Origin: Candidatus Hebobacterum abditum
GTDB taxonomy: Bacteria; Armatimonadota; Hebobacteria; Hebobacterales; Hebobacteraceae
Length of the DNA: 64,000 nt
Reading direction: 5' to 3'
Assembly: GCA_029821875.1 (NCBI GenBank)
Contig: JALGXW010000001.1
Location: 161,987 to 225,986, forward strand
Position numbers and translations under genes: made by a program. Of this stretch, positions 48,765 to 58,078 are shown piece by piece. Under the pieces are notes generated by a model. It worked only from the letters and a program-made list of their open reading frames with translations. It was not told where the DNA came from and ran no database searches. How positions within the stretch are numbered: the first letter of the stretch is position 1; every line of letters starts with the position of its first letter.

Positions 48765-49970
48765 TTGGTGACAGCAGACGAATCACTGGAAGCGTCGCAG
48801 AACAGACGCCTGGCGTTCGAGTGGTGGTGGCTGATCTGGATCGCCGCGGGGGCCTGCGTGTTCCTCTCTGGCGCCCTGCTCGGCGCCGTCGCAGGCGGCG
48901 GATCGGCTGGCGAGGATGACGGATTCCTTCACCTCCTTGCACCGCCCTTCGGGGGCCGCGATCGCGTCACGGTGCTCGCCGTCGGAGTGGATACCTCCGA
49001 GGGGAGGGGCCTCGCCGATACGATCATCGCACTGGCCGTCTGGCCGGCACGAGGGGACCTCGCCGCGCTCTCGATTCCTCGCGACAGCCGCGTGCTCGTG
49101 CCAGGGGTGGGGGTGATGCGCATCAACGCCTCTCATTCCTATGGCGACCGCCCGCTGACGGTACGCACCGTCGAGATGCTGCTCGGGTCTCACTTCGACT
49201 ACTACGTTGAGGTGGACGTCCCGGGGCTGGTGGGCCTCGTCGATGCAGTAGGCGGCTTGGACATTGAGGTGGAGAAGCGGATGTACTACCGCGACCGATC
49301 GCAGGACCTGCTCATCGATCTTCAGCCCGGGCTGCAGCATCTCAACGGCGAACAGGCAGTTGGCTATGTCCGGTTCCGCCACGACGCAACGGGCGATATC
49401 GGGCGCATCGAACGGCAGCGCAAGTTCCTCCGCGTGCTTGCCCGCGAGCTCCTGTCGCCGAAGAAGGTGGGCCGGATCCCGAGCCTCGTCGACGCCTTTC
49501 TCGAGACGGTGGACACGAACCTGGCAGTCCGGGATATTCTGAGCCTCAAGAAGCTCGTGGAGCAGGTCGGGCCCGACGGAGTCCTGATGGAGACGCTGCC
49601 GGGCCATCCCCGGATGATCGACGGTGACAGCGTGCTGGAGCTGGACGCGGATCAGGTGCAGCGAACCGTCGATAGGGTCCTGTGGGGACAGGGAACCAGA
49701 GTTGTCGTATTGAACGCTACCGACATCAAGGGCTTGGCGGCCCGCACGGCTGAGTTCCTCGCCGAGCAGGGCTATGACATTCTGGATGTCGGTAATGCAG
49801 ACCGTAAGACGGGAAGTACTCTGATCCTCGACCACCGCGGGCAGGCCCGGCGCGCACAACGGGTCGCGGGAACGCTCGGCATGGGTGTTATCTCCGCAGT
49901 GCCTGACGGCGACAACCCGGCCGATGTCACTGTGATCCTCGGGGGTGACTTCGGGAGCGCTACTCGATGA
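48765..49970 (+). CDS. LCP (LytR-CpsA-Psr) family cell-envelope glycopolymer transferase
   Basis: N-terminal TM, LCP core (VLAVGVDTSEGRGLADTIIALAV...RDSRV...GEQAVGYVRFRHDATGDIGRIERQRKFL) and a C-terminal LytR_C-like domain. Confidence 0.8.
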   Translation: MVTADESLEASQNRRLAFEWWWLIWIAAGACVFLSGALLGAVAGGGSAGEDDGFLHLLAPPFGGRDRVTVLAVGVDTSEGRGLADTIIALAVWPARGDLAALSIPRDSRVLVPGVGVMRINASHSYGDRPLTVRTVEMLLGSHFDYYVEVDVPGLVGLVDAVGGLDIEVEKRMYYRDRSQDLLIDLQPGLQHLNGEQAVGYVRFRHDATGDIGRIERQRKFLRVLARELLSPKKVGRIPSLVDAFLETVDTNLAVRDILSLKKLVEQVGPDGVLMETLPGHPRMIDGDSVLELDADQVQRTVDRVLWGQGTRVVVLNATDIKGLAARTAEFLAEQGYDILDVGNADRKTGSTLILDHRGQARRAQRVAGTLGMGVISAVPDGDNPADVTVILGGDFGSATR

Positions 49971-50365
49971 GCGAACGGGCCGCGCGCGTCGATGCGTCCT
50001 GTGGCGGGCTGTCGGCCGAAGACAAGGCCGCACGCGCGCGGGGCGCGCTGATCGACAGGCGGGCCGTCGATCCGGTTCTGCTCGACATGCGAGAGATCAC
50101 GCTCATCACGGACTACTTCTTGATCTGTCACGGAACGTCCAGTGTCCATGTGCGCGCCCTCGGCGACGCCGTGCTGGAATCGCTCAAGGAGATAGGCGTG
50201 CGGCCCAGCGGCGTAGAGGGCCGCGGTGAGGCGCAGTGGGTGCTTCTGGACTATGGCGATGTGATCGTTCACATATTCGGACAGGAAGAGCGAGAGTTCT
50301 ACTCGCTGGAGAGGCTCTGGAGCGACGCGCGCCGACTGTCGGATCGAGAATCCGGCCCGAGCTAA
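49967..50365 (+). CDS. rsfS: ribosome silencing factor RsfS (Iojap)
   Basis: LITDYFLICHGTSSVHVRAL...WVLLDYGDVIVHIF. Confidence 0.85.
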   Translation: MSERAARVDASCGGLSAEDKAARARGALIDRRAVDPVLLDMREITLITDYFLICHGTSSVHVRALGDAVLESLKEIGVRPSGVEGRGEAQWVLLDYGDVIVHIFGQEEREFYSLERLWSDARRLSDRESGPS

Positions 50366-50367
50366 TC

Positions 50368-51066
50368 ATGTCAGACGAACCGACCCTATCGGAGATACAG
50401 AACCGGATCCGCGAGCTGCTCGGCCGCGCCACTCTTCTTCGCGCGCGGGGGGAGCGCAGGGAGGCGCTCCAGCTGACCCAGCAAGCCATCGATCTGGACG
50501 AGAGAAGCTGGGAAGCGCACGAGTTGATGGGCGACCTCCACCTCGATATGGGCCGAGGCGATCTCGCCCTGGAGAACTACCGACGGGCGCGGGAGCTCAA
50601 CCAGTCGCGAGGGGTGCTCGAGGAGAAGATCGGGCGCGCCGCACTCGCTCGGGCTGCGCGGCAGCGCGCCGCCAGCATGTCCGAGGCGCTCCTGGAGGGG
50701 ATGGGCGGGCCCTCGACCGTCAAGCGCAAGCCTGGCCTGGCCGCGGTGCTCTCCCTCATAGTCCCCGGGCTCGGCCAGCTCTACAACGGCGAGGTGATCA
50801 AGGGCTTCATCATGGCAGCGCTCTTCATCGCGCTGTTCGGCCTGACCGCGGTTGCACTTCGCGCTCACATTGCCGCAACTCCCGCCTCCGCACAGGGGAT
50901 CCTGTACGGTCCGCGCGTTGACATCGGCCGCATTGTGTCGGGGCTCTTCAGCGGCCTCAGTGCGGTCTGGGTGGTGCTGCTCGCGTGCCTCTGGATCTAC
51001 TCCATAGCTGATGCCGGCATCCGCGCCAGCAAGACCATGACCTCCGACTCGACAGGGCTCGTGTGA
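50368..51066 (+). CDS. TPR-like N-domain protein with two C-terminal TM helices
   Basis: ATG 2 nt after the rsfS stop; helical repeat N-terminus; hydrophobic segments VLSLIVPGLGQLY..IMAALFIALFGL and VWVVLLACLWIYSIA. Confidence 0.5.
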   Translation: MSDEPTLSEIQNRIRELLGRATLLRARGERREALQLTQQAIDLDERSWEAHELMGDLHLDMGRGDLALENYRRARELNQSRGVLEEKIGRAALARAARQRAASMSEALLEGMGGPSTVKRKPGLAAVLSLIVPGLGQLYNGEVIKGFIMAALFIALFGLTAVALRAHIAATPASAQGILYGPRVDIGRIVSGLFSGLSAVWVVLLACLWIYSIADAGIRASKTMTSDSTGLV

Positions 51067-51707
51067 GCGCCGACATGGAGAAGACCCCCCAGCTGCGCGA
51101 ACTCGCCCGGCTCGCAGTCGGAGAGGGCATGGACCTTCCTCGGCCCGGAGAAGCCGGGGAGATGGCGCTGGAGGAGGCTCTTGCTAGAAGGCGGAGTGTA
51201 CGCAGCTTCTCCCCGAAGGAGCCTGGGTTCCATCAGGCCGCGCAGCTGCTCTGGGCCGCACAGGGCGTGACCTCCGAAGACGGTCTGCGAGCGGCCCCGT
51301 CGGCAGGGGCGGGCTATCCGCTCGAGACGTATCTGGCGTGCGTCCACGGCCTCCTCCGCTACGAGCCGGCGAAGCATGCCGTCACGAAGGCTGAGGCCGA
51401 AGACATCCGTGGGCCGCTTGCCTCGGCCTGCTTCGGACAGGCCTTCATTGCTGAAGCGCCTCTGTCGATCATCTTCTCCGCCGTCTTCGAGCGCACGACG
51501 AGCCGCTACGGCGACCGCGGCATCCGCTACGTCTACATGGATGTCGGCCACGCAGCTCAGAACGTCCACCTGCAGGCCGAGGCCCTCGGCCTCTGCTCGG
51601 TGCCGGTGGGCGCCTTCGATGACGAGGCCGTCGCCGACGTCCTCCGTCTCCCTTCCGACCAGAGGCCGGTGTACATCGTCTCTATCGGCTTCGCCGCTCG
51701 CGCCTGA
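51063..51707 (+). CDS. SagB/ThcOx-type (nitroreductase-fold) dehydrogenase-domain protein
   Basis: 214 aa; RRSVRSFS...GAGYPLETYL...VYMDVGHAAQNVHLQAEALGL, typical of SagB-type nitroreductase-fold proteins. Overlaps the previous gene (GTGA). Confidence 0.65.
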   Translation: MSADMEKTPQLRELARLAVGEGMDLPRPGEAGEMALEEALARRRSVRSFSPKEPGFHQAAQLLWAAQGVTSEDGLRAAPSAGAGYPLETYLACVHGLLRYEPAKHAVTKAEAEDIRGPLASACFGQAFIAEAPLSIIFSAVFERTTSRYGDRGIRYVYMDVGHAAQNVHLQAEALGLCSVPVGAFDDEAVADVLRLPSDQRPVYIVSIGFAARA

Positions 51708-51709
51708 GC

Positions 51710-51738
51710 TTGACCGGCCTCTTGGCCTACCCTATAAT
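51710..51738 (+). promoter_or_regulatory. sigma70-type promoter TTGACC-17-TATAAT driving tRNA-Arg
   Basis: TTGACC 51710-51715, TATAAT 51733-51738, 17-nt spacer; tRNA 5' end 11 nt downstream of the -10. Confidence 0.6.
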
Positions 51739-51749
51739 CGTACGCGCGT

Positions 51750-51824
51750 GCCCCAGTGGCCAAGTGGATAAGGCACAGGCCTCCGGAGCCTGGATCGCAG
51801 GTTCGAATCCTGCCTGGGGTACCA
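51750..51824 (+). tRNA. tRNA-Arg (anticodon CCG), CCA encoded
   Basis: Hand-folded cloverleaf: 7-bp acceptor stem GCCCCAG/CTGGGGT (G1-U wobble), D-loop AAGTGGATAA, anticodon stem CAGGC/GCCTG with loop CU-CCG-GA, T-arm GCAGG-TTCGAAT-CCTGC, discriminator A and encoded CCA. Confidence 0.8.
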
Positions 51825-51870
51825 TTCCCGTCTAGTTCTTCTGTCTCCGACCCGCCGGAGCGAACCGGAC

Positions 51871-52716
51871 GTGACGGCAGCACCAATGGACAACGTCCGC
51901 GAGCACTACGACCGGCTTGCACAGTACGAGTGGGACCGTCTGTTCCAGGATCCCTATCACTCGCTCGAATGGCGGTCGACCATCGCCGCGCTCGATGAGT
52001 ATCTGCCCTCGTCCGGCCGCCTCCTCGACGCCGGCGGCGGGCCAGGCCGATACGCCGCGGAGCTGTGTCGGCGTGGCTACCAGGTGTTCCTCCTCGACTA
52101 CTCCGAGAAGTGCGTAGAGCTGGCTCGGCAGAGCTTTGCCGAGCTGCCCGCGGAGGTGGCAGGCCGCCTGGAGGCGGCCGAGGTCGGCGACATCCGCGAT
52201 CTCTCCCGATTCTCCGATGAGAGCTTCGATGCGGCGCTCTGCTTGGGAGGTCCGCTGTCACACATCATGGACCGTGCCGAGCGGGAGCGGGCCATGTCGG
52301 AGCTGGCACGGGTAGTGAGGCGAGAACGGCCGGTCTTTGCTTCCGTGATGGGCTACTTCGCCGTGCTGCGAACTCTCCTGTGCAGAGATCCCGGCTCCCT
52401 GGGCTCGTCTGAGCGTAAGGCCCTTCTCGGCAAAGGCGACCACGTTCATCACGAAGGCGGGTACTGTGACTGCCACTTCTTCCGGCCTGAAGAGCTTCGC
52501 GAACTGGCCGAACAGGCAGGCCTGAAGACGGTCGAACTCCGAGCGCTCGAGGGGCTGTCATCCAATCTCTCAGAAGCCACGAACGCCTTGCGGGAAGAGG
52601 ACGATGGGCGTTGGGAGGCGTGGCTCGAGGTCTTGGACGCAACCTGCAGGGAGCCTTCGGTCGTGGCGACGTCGGAGCACTTCCTCTATGTCGGGCGGCG
52701 CCCCCCTGCAGCCTGA
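51871..52716 (+). CDS. class I SAM-dependent methyltransferase
   Basis: LLDAGGGPGRYAAEL (motif I), FLLDYSEKCVELA, FDAALCLGGPLSH. Confidence 0.75.
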   Translation: MTAAPMDNVREHYDRLAQYEWDRLFQDPYHSLEWRSTIAALDEYLPSSGRLLDAGGGPGRYAAELCRRGYQVFLLDYSEKCVELARQSFAELPAEVAGRLEAAEVGDIRDLSRFSDESFDAALCLGGPLSHIMDRAERERAMSELARVVRRERPVFASVMGYFAVLRTLLCRDPGSLGSSERKALLGKGDHVHHEGGYCDCHFFRPEELRELAEQAGLKTVELRALEGLSSNLSEATNALREEDDGRWEAWLEVLDATCREPSVVATSEHFLYVGRRPPAA

Positions 52717-52918
52717 GACAAGAGCGCGTGTCTGAGCACGTGAAGGCCCGCGAGGATGCCCTGTGACACCACGGGAATGATAGCAGCGACACACGCGCGC
52801 ATGGTGTAACCATTGGCTGAGGCATCTACCGCGCTTTCGCCTCGCGCTTGGGTATTGTATAATGGGAGTACATAGACGGTATCCTGCCGGAGCCTATCTG
52901 TAGACTCAGGAGGAACGT

Positions 52919-53761
52919 GTGAACACAGCCAAGACAGTCGGCCTCATGGTCCTGCTGACAGGGCTGTTCATCGTGGTCGGCTACTTCATCGGGGGCGAGC
53001 AGGGCATGATCATCGCCTTTGGGTTTGCCTTCTTGATGAACGTTGTCAGCTACTGGTTCTCCGACAAGATCGTGCTGGCGATGTATCGGGCCAAGCAAGT
53101 GGATGAAGCGACCGAGCCAGGCCTCTTCCGGATCGTCCGTCGCCTGGCGCAGCGAGCAGGCATGCCCATGCCGAGGGTGTACATTGTCCCCCAGGCGCAG
53201 CCGAACGCGTTTGCGACCGGACGGAACCCGAAGCACGCGGCAGTCGCCGTTACGCAGGGCCTGATGCAGATCATGAACGATGAGGAGCTCGAAGGCGTCC
53301 TCGCGCACGAGATCTCCCACGTCGGGAATCGCGATATTCTCATCGGCACCATTGCCGCAACGTTGGCCGGTGCCATCATGATCCTCGCCCGGATCGCTCA
53401 GTTCGCGGCCATCTTCGGAGGCGGCGGTCGCGACCGCCGCGGCGGCGGCATCGCTCTGATCCTCGTAGCGATCGTCAGCGCCATCGCGGCGTTGCTTATC
53501 CAGATGGCCATCTCTCGGTCCAGAGAGTACCAGGCCGATGCCTCAGCGGCGAAGTTGAGCGGGAACCCGCGCGGCCTTTCCCGTGCTCTGGACTCCCTCC
53601 GCCGGAGTACGCAGCGTGTGCCAATGGAGGCGAGTCCGGCGACGTCGCATATGTTCATCGTCAACCCCTTCACGAAGAAAGGGATGAGCTCCCTCTTCAG
53701 CACGCACCCGCCCGTCGAGGAGCGGATTCGGCGTCTGGAGCGGATTCGAACGAGTCGCTGA
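52919..53761 (+). CDS. htpX: zinc metalloprotease HtpX (M48)
   Basis: HEISHVGNRD HExxH motif, 4 TM helices, AGGAGG RBS. A TATAAT at 52858-52863 lies upstream. Confidence 0.9.
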   Translation: MNTAKTVGLMVLLTGLFIVVGYFIGGEQGMIIAFGFAFLMNVVSYWFSDKIVLAMYRAKQVDEATEPGLFRIVRRLAQRAGMPMPRVYIVPQAQPNAFATGRNPKHAAVAVTQGLMQIMNDEELEGVLAHEISHVGNRDILIGTIAATLAGAIMILARIAQFAAIFGGGGRDRRGGGIALILVAIVSAIAALLIQMAISRSREYQADASAAKLSGNPRGLSRALDSLRRSTQRVPMEASPATSHMFIVNPFTKKGMSSLFSTHPPVEERIRRLERIRTSR

Positions 53762-53869
53762 TCTCTCCGGGCGCAGCCCCGGACGGTTATCCCCTCGCCA
53801 GGCGATGGTTGGGGGATGCCAGGCCTCCTGCGTCGAACTCCGGTCCCAGGTAGGAGTGGTGATCCTGCG

Positions 53870-54967
53870 ATGGCCCAATCCTCGCGCTCAGTTACGGTTG
53901 GCGGCGTCAGGATCGGCGGCGGCGCGCCGATCACGGTTCAGTCCATGACCTCGACGGATACTCGCGACGTCGACGCGACAGTATCCCAGATTCGTCAGAT
54001 CGAGGATGCTGGCGCGGACCTCGTCCGGGTCGCCGTGCCCGACGAGGAGGCCGCTCAGGCCCTCAGCCGGATCAAGTCGCAGATGTCCGTGCCGCTGATC
54101 GCCGACATCCACTTCAACTACAGACTGGCGGTTGCGGCCGCCGAGCAGGGCGTGGACAAGCTCCGCCTCAATCCCGGCAACCTCAGCCGGCCGGAGCAGG
54201 TAGAGGCGGTCGTCGCGGCGGCCGGCGAGCGCGCCATCCCGATACGGATCGGGGTCAACGCAGGCTCCGTTCCGGAGGATGCCAGGGAGCGTCACAAGGG
54301 ACGTGGCGACGTGCAGGAGCAGGTCGCGGCGGCCATGGTTGACACTGCCCTCGGCCACGTGGAGCTGCTCGAGGGGTGGGGCTTCAGCGACATCGTCGTC
54401 TCGCTGAAGGCCTTTGACCTGCGCTCCACCTGGCTGGCGAACCGCTTGTTCAGAAAAGAGCGCGACTACCCGCTGCATCTGGGAATCACCGAGGCCGGAC
54501 TGCCGCCTGCGGGGATCGCGCGCTCTGCCATCGGCATCGCGATGCTTCTCAAGGAGGGAATCGGCGATACCATCCGTGTTTCTCTCACAGGAGATCCTGT
54601 GCTGCAGGTGAGCGTGGGTCGGGAGATCCTGTCGGCCCTCGAGTTGGGCGGCGCGGGCATAACGCTGGTGACATGCCCCACCTGCGGCCGGTGCGAGTTG
54701 GACCTGGCGGGCCTGGCGCGATCGGTGGAGGGGCAGCTTCGCCCTATCGATCGGGATCTCCGCAGGGAAGGGCGTTCGCTTCGAGTGGCGGTGATGGGAT
54801 GCGTCGTCAACGGGCCGGGTGAGGCGCGTGAGGCCGACGTCGGCATCGCTGGAGGTGCGAGCAGAGGTGTGGTATTCGTTGGGGGCAAGCCGATCGCGAC
54901 CGTCCCCGAGGGAGAGCTCGTTGGCGCCCTCGTCGATGCAGTGAACGATTATCTGAAGGGCGAGTGA
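53870..54967 (+). CDS. ispG: 4-hydroxy-3-methylbut-2-enyl diphosphate synthase (flavodoxin)
   Basis: MAQSSRSVTVGGVRIGGGAPITVQSMTSTDT N-terminus, 4Fe-4S ligands CPTCGRC...C. Confidence 0.9.
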   Translation: MAQSSRSVTVGGVRIGGGAPITVQSMTSTDTRDVDATVSQIRQIEDAGADLVRVAVPDEEAAQALSRIKSQMSVPLIADIHFNYRLAVAAAEQGVDKLRLNPGNLSRPEQVEAVVAAAGERAIPIRIGVNAGSVPEDARERHKGRGDVQEQVAAAMVDTALGHVELLEGWGFSDIVVSLKAFDLRSTWLANRLFRKERDYPLHLGITEAGLPPAGIARSAIGIAMLLKEGIGDTIRVSLTGDPVLQVSVGREILSALELGGAGITLVTCPTCGRCELDLAGLARSVEGQLRPIDRDLRREGRSLRVAVMGCVVNGPGEAREADVGIAGGASRGVVFVGGKPIATVPEGELVGALVDAVNDYLKGE

Positions 54968-54987
54968 CCACCGGGGAAGCACAGGCT

Positions 54988-55329
54988 ATGCCGCGCCGAC
55001 AGAAGCCGAGCCTGATAGAGCTCCTGGTAATCGTGTCCATCCTCGGGATTCTAGCCGCCATCGTTATCCCGGCGATGGAGCAAGCGCGTCAACGCCCTCC
55101 CTCTTCCGGGGAGCGCGTCGGCCAGGCGCATGATGTTGCGGGCGGGCCCGAGGGCTTCGACGGTCAGCTCAACACAATCGAGGTTCCCGAGCTGTCGCAG
55201 GGCCGGGATGGCGGCAGTCCCGGCCGAGCTATAGGCGTGCTCATAGGTCTCGTGCCCGTCATCCTGCCCGTCGTCGTCGTGCTGATCATCTTCGGGCGCG
55301 TGCGGCGGCAGTTGTCGGGAGGCGGATAG
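54988..55329 (+). CDS. prepilin-type N-terminal-domain-like small membrane protein (non-canonical, no Gly at -1)
   Basis: MPRRQKPSLIELLVIVSILGILAAIVIPAM resembles a class III (type IV pilin / T2SS pseudopilin) signal with Glu at +5, but lacks the G/F cleavage site. A second hydrophobic helix sits at the C-terminus. GTG 54964 is an alternative start. Confidence 0.5.
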   Translation: MPRRQKPSLIELLVIVSILGILAAIVIPAMEQARQRPPSSGERVGQAHDVAGGPEGFDGQLNTIEVPELSQGRDGGSPGRAIGVLIGLVPVILPVVVVLIIFGRVRRQLSGGG

Positions 55330-55409
55330 TTCTTGGGCGAATCGTCGGTGATCAGCTAGCGCGGTCGAGGTGTCTACTGCTTTCTCGCACGTTCATCCAC
55401 ATTCCGGGC

Positions 55410-56135
55410 GTGGGTCCCGTCACGGAACGGCGCATCTGGGACAGCGGCGTGCTGTCCTGGCGCGACTTCATGCGGGAGCCCGGCGCCGCGGGTCTGCCTG
55501 CCCGAATCACAGGGAAGGCGGAGAGCGCCATTGGCGCCTCGCTGCGCCACCTCGAGGCCGGGAACCACAGCTACTTCGCCTCTGCCCTCGCGTCGAGGGA
55601 GCATTGGCGGGCCTACCCGGAGTTCTCCCATCGAGTCGCCTACGTGGACATCGAGACAACCGGAATGGGGGAACACGACTCGGTGACGATGGTGGGGGTG
55701 TACGATGCCCGCGGTGTCCGCATCTACACGAAAGGCGAAGACCTCCAGGACTTCGCCGACGACATCCGGCAGTACGGACTCCTCGTCACGTTCTTCGGGT
55801 CGTGCTTCGACCTGCCGTTTCTCCGCCGGCGCTTCCTCGGCCTGCGCCTCGACCAACTGCACATTGACCTCTGTCATGTGCTGCGTCGCCTCGGCCTGAA
55901 GGGTGGATTGAAGAACATCGAGCGGCAGCTGAACATCGCTCGCAGCCCCGAGACTGAGGGCCTCGGCGGGTGGGACGCGGTCAGGCTGTGGCGGGAATGG
56001 GAGCGCGGCAGTCAGGAAGCTCTGGATCTGCTCAAGGCCTACAACCGGGAGGACATCGTCAACCTCGAGAGGCTGATGCACTACGCCTACGAGCACATGT
56101 GCGAGAAGACGGGCATCCCGGCTCAGGCTGTGTAG
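55410..56135 (+). CDS. RNase-H-like / DEDD 3'-5' exonuclease-fold domain protein (YprB/PF13482-like)
   Basis: VAYVDIETTGMG (exo motif I), FFGSCFDLPFL, YNREDIVNLERL (motif III-like). About 75-aa N-terminal extension of unknown function. Confidence 0.55.
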   Translation: MGPVTERRIWDSGVLSWRDFMREPGAAGLPARITGKAESAIGASLRHLEAGNHSYFASALASREHWRAYPEFSHRVAYVDIETTGMGEHDSVTMVGVYDARGVRIYTKGEDLQDFADDIRQYGLLVTFFGSCFDLPFLRRRFLGLRLDQLHIDLCHVLRRLGLKGGLKNIERQLNIARSPETEGLGGWDAVRLWREWERGSQEALDLLKAYNREDIVNLERLMHYAYEHMCEKTGIPAQAV

Positions 56136-56196
56136 CTTCTTCGCGCGAAGAACCTTTCGAGGCTCTCCCGCGTCCAATCGGCAGGGAAGAGAGGGG

Positions 56197-58017
56197 GTGA
56201 TGGCAGTGCGCCTGGCCTATGCTCCTTGGATCGTGCTGGGAGCCGTTGTCCTTGTGACGGCAGCGGCTCCGTCCCTGCGCGAGCAGGTCGGGTCGATGCC
56301 CGATGCGCTCATGCCGCGACTGGGGGAGGAGCCCGATCCCTCCGAGGCACATCTGGCACAGATCCAGCCGTGGTGTGATCGCGCCGTTGCCTTCGTCGAG
56401 CAACATCACCCAGACGACCCCGACATGATGCTGGCCGCCGGGGTGCTGGCCGGCGATGTCTCCCTGCTGCAGCGCGCGGCCGAGGCCAGCGACGATCCCG
56501 TCGCGTGGGCGGCCTACTGCGAGCTGCTCGAAAGCTGCGGGCCAGGCCTGACCTGCGGAGGCGGCTTCGAGCGCATCGGCTTGAGCGGCATCGACCCCGC
56601 CGACACGGCCGCTGTAGAACAGGAAGAGCGACGCATCGCTGAATCAGGGCTCCCGGCGAAGCTCACGCCCCAGGAGGTCCAGCCCAACCTTCGGGCGCTT
56701 CGAGCCTGGCAGGACGCCGATCCCGAGAACGGTCTGCCCGTCGCGCTGGAGGCGCGCTACCTGTATGCACTTCATCGGGACCGAGACGCGCTCATCGTCT
56801 GGTCCCAGGCCGGGCGAATGCCGCTCGCCACGCCCCATGCGATCCCTCGCGCCCGCGAGGCACAATGCCTTCTCACCGCGATGGGGATGCCCCAGGCCGA
56901 CGCGCTCGCGAGCTCCTGGCAGGTGATCATCCTGCCGAGCTTCGCGCGCCTCCGCAGCCTCGCCCGCGTCGCCTACTACGAAGGTCGGCGCGCGCAGATG
57001 GCGGACGATCCGTGGGGCGCCATCAACTGGTGGCAGTCCACCGTCGGGCTCGGCCGCAACCTCCAGGACTCGGCCGAGACGATCATCCAGTTCCACGTGG
57101 GCGTCGCCATCGAGGGCATCGGCGCCCGCCCCGTGTGGCGGTGGCACCACGACAACGTCACCGGCATCCCGGATGGGCCACTCTTGGGTGGCCGCTACTT
57201 CCACGGCCCTCAGCACGACTTCTACGTTGAGCACATGGACTGGAGGGCCGAAGAGGATATGATCGAGAATCTCGCTGGGGCGAGAGTTCGCAGCGGCCTC
57301 GTGCACGAATACACTGGCGGACCCGGCGGCCTTGGCGCATTTGAGGACTACTACCAAGCCAATCGCCACATTGGGGCGGCGGCCCTCTGGGCCTTCTTCG
57401 CCATTGTAGTGATAGCTGTCCTCGTGCTGTTCGGCACGTGGTCGCGGCGCGCCGCAGATGATGCGACACGACTCAGCAGCGCATGGCAGTTCCTCCTCGC
57501 GGTGCTTATCTTGCTGCCGGCCGCGGCGCTGGTCACCCTCGCACTCGCCAGCGGCGGCGCCGGCCCTGCCCTGAGGAGCGCGTCTCCGGCTGCGGGCCCG
57601 GCGGCGTCCATTGCACTTCCGGCTGGCCAAGCGGCCGTCGCGGCGACTCTACGTGCGGCCCGTGCCTGGGTCGAGGCGAGGCCCTATGTGGCGATAGGCT
57701 TGGCCGCGGCATCGGTGCTGGCTGTGCTGTTGCTTCCGCTGCTCGGGGCGGTCCTGGCCCGCGCAGGCGGGGCCCGGGTGCGGACGGCGTGGCGAGGGAA
57801 TCTGCGCCGCGTGCTACCGGTCGCGGTCGCCCTGTCTGCGCTTCTGTTCCTGTACTTCAATGTGACCGCGCTTCGCATCCGCGGTGCGTGGTTCGCCAAG
57901 TGGTCTGCGCCAGGGGTGACCGAGTTCAGCGACATGGTCGACCAGCTCGGCGGAGCGTGGCAGGAGCCGGACATCCCCTTCGACGCCTGGCGGGCCGAGC
58001 TGCCACCTGGCGCATAG
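56197..58017 (+). CDS. uncharacterised membrane protein family, tandem paralogue 1 (N-terminal signal-anchor, about 380-aa extracytoplasmic helical domain, 4 TM, conserved C-terminal DAWRAE motif)
   Basis: AGAGAGGGGG RBS. Shares the motifs WQxADPENxLPV, YEGRRAQ, WWQST, GIPDGPLLGGR, GPQHxFYV and C-terminal PDIPFDAWRAELPP with the next two genes. Confidence 0.6.
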   Translation: MMAVRLAYAPWIVLGAVVLVTAAAPSLREQVGSMPDALMPRLGEEPDPSEAHLAQIQPWCDRAVAFVEQHHPDDPDMMLAAGVLAGDVSLLQRAAEASDDPVAWAAYCELLESCGPGLTCGGGFERIGLSGIDPADTAAVEQEERRIAESGLPAKLTPQEVQPNLRALRAWQDADPENGLPVALEARYLYALHRDRDALIVWSQAGRMPLATPHAIPRAREAQCLLTAMGMPQADALASSWQVIILPSFARLRSLARVAYYEGRRAQMADDPWGAINWWQSTVGLGRNLQDSAETIIQFHVGVAIEGIGARPVWRWHHDNVTGIPDGPLLGGRYFHGPQHDFYVEHMDWRAEEDMIENLAGARVRSGLVHEYTGGPGGLGAFEDYYQANRHIGAAALWAFFAIVVIAVLVLFGTWSRRAADDATRLSSAWQFLLAVLILLPAAALVTLALASGGAGPALRSASPAAGPAASIALPAGQAAVAATLRAARAWVEARPYVAIGLAAASVLAVLLLPLLGAVLARAGGARVRTAWRGNLRRVLPVAVALSALLFLYFNVTALRIRGAWFAKWSAPGVTEFSDMVDQLGGAWQEPDIPFDAWRAELPPGA

Positions 58018-58078
58018 AGCGAAAGGCAGGCAATAGCGGCCACTTGCTGCTTTCGGGCGGCCGCGTTGGCAGGGAACT

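Noticed and set aside
50368-51707. SagB-type dehydrogenase suggesting a TOMM/RiPP biosynthetic cluster
   Set aside because: No YcaO/cyclodehydratase, precursor peptide or ABC exporter nearby. Standalone SagB/ThcOx-fold nitroreductase-like proteins are common.
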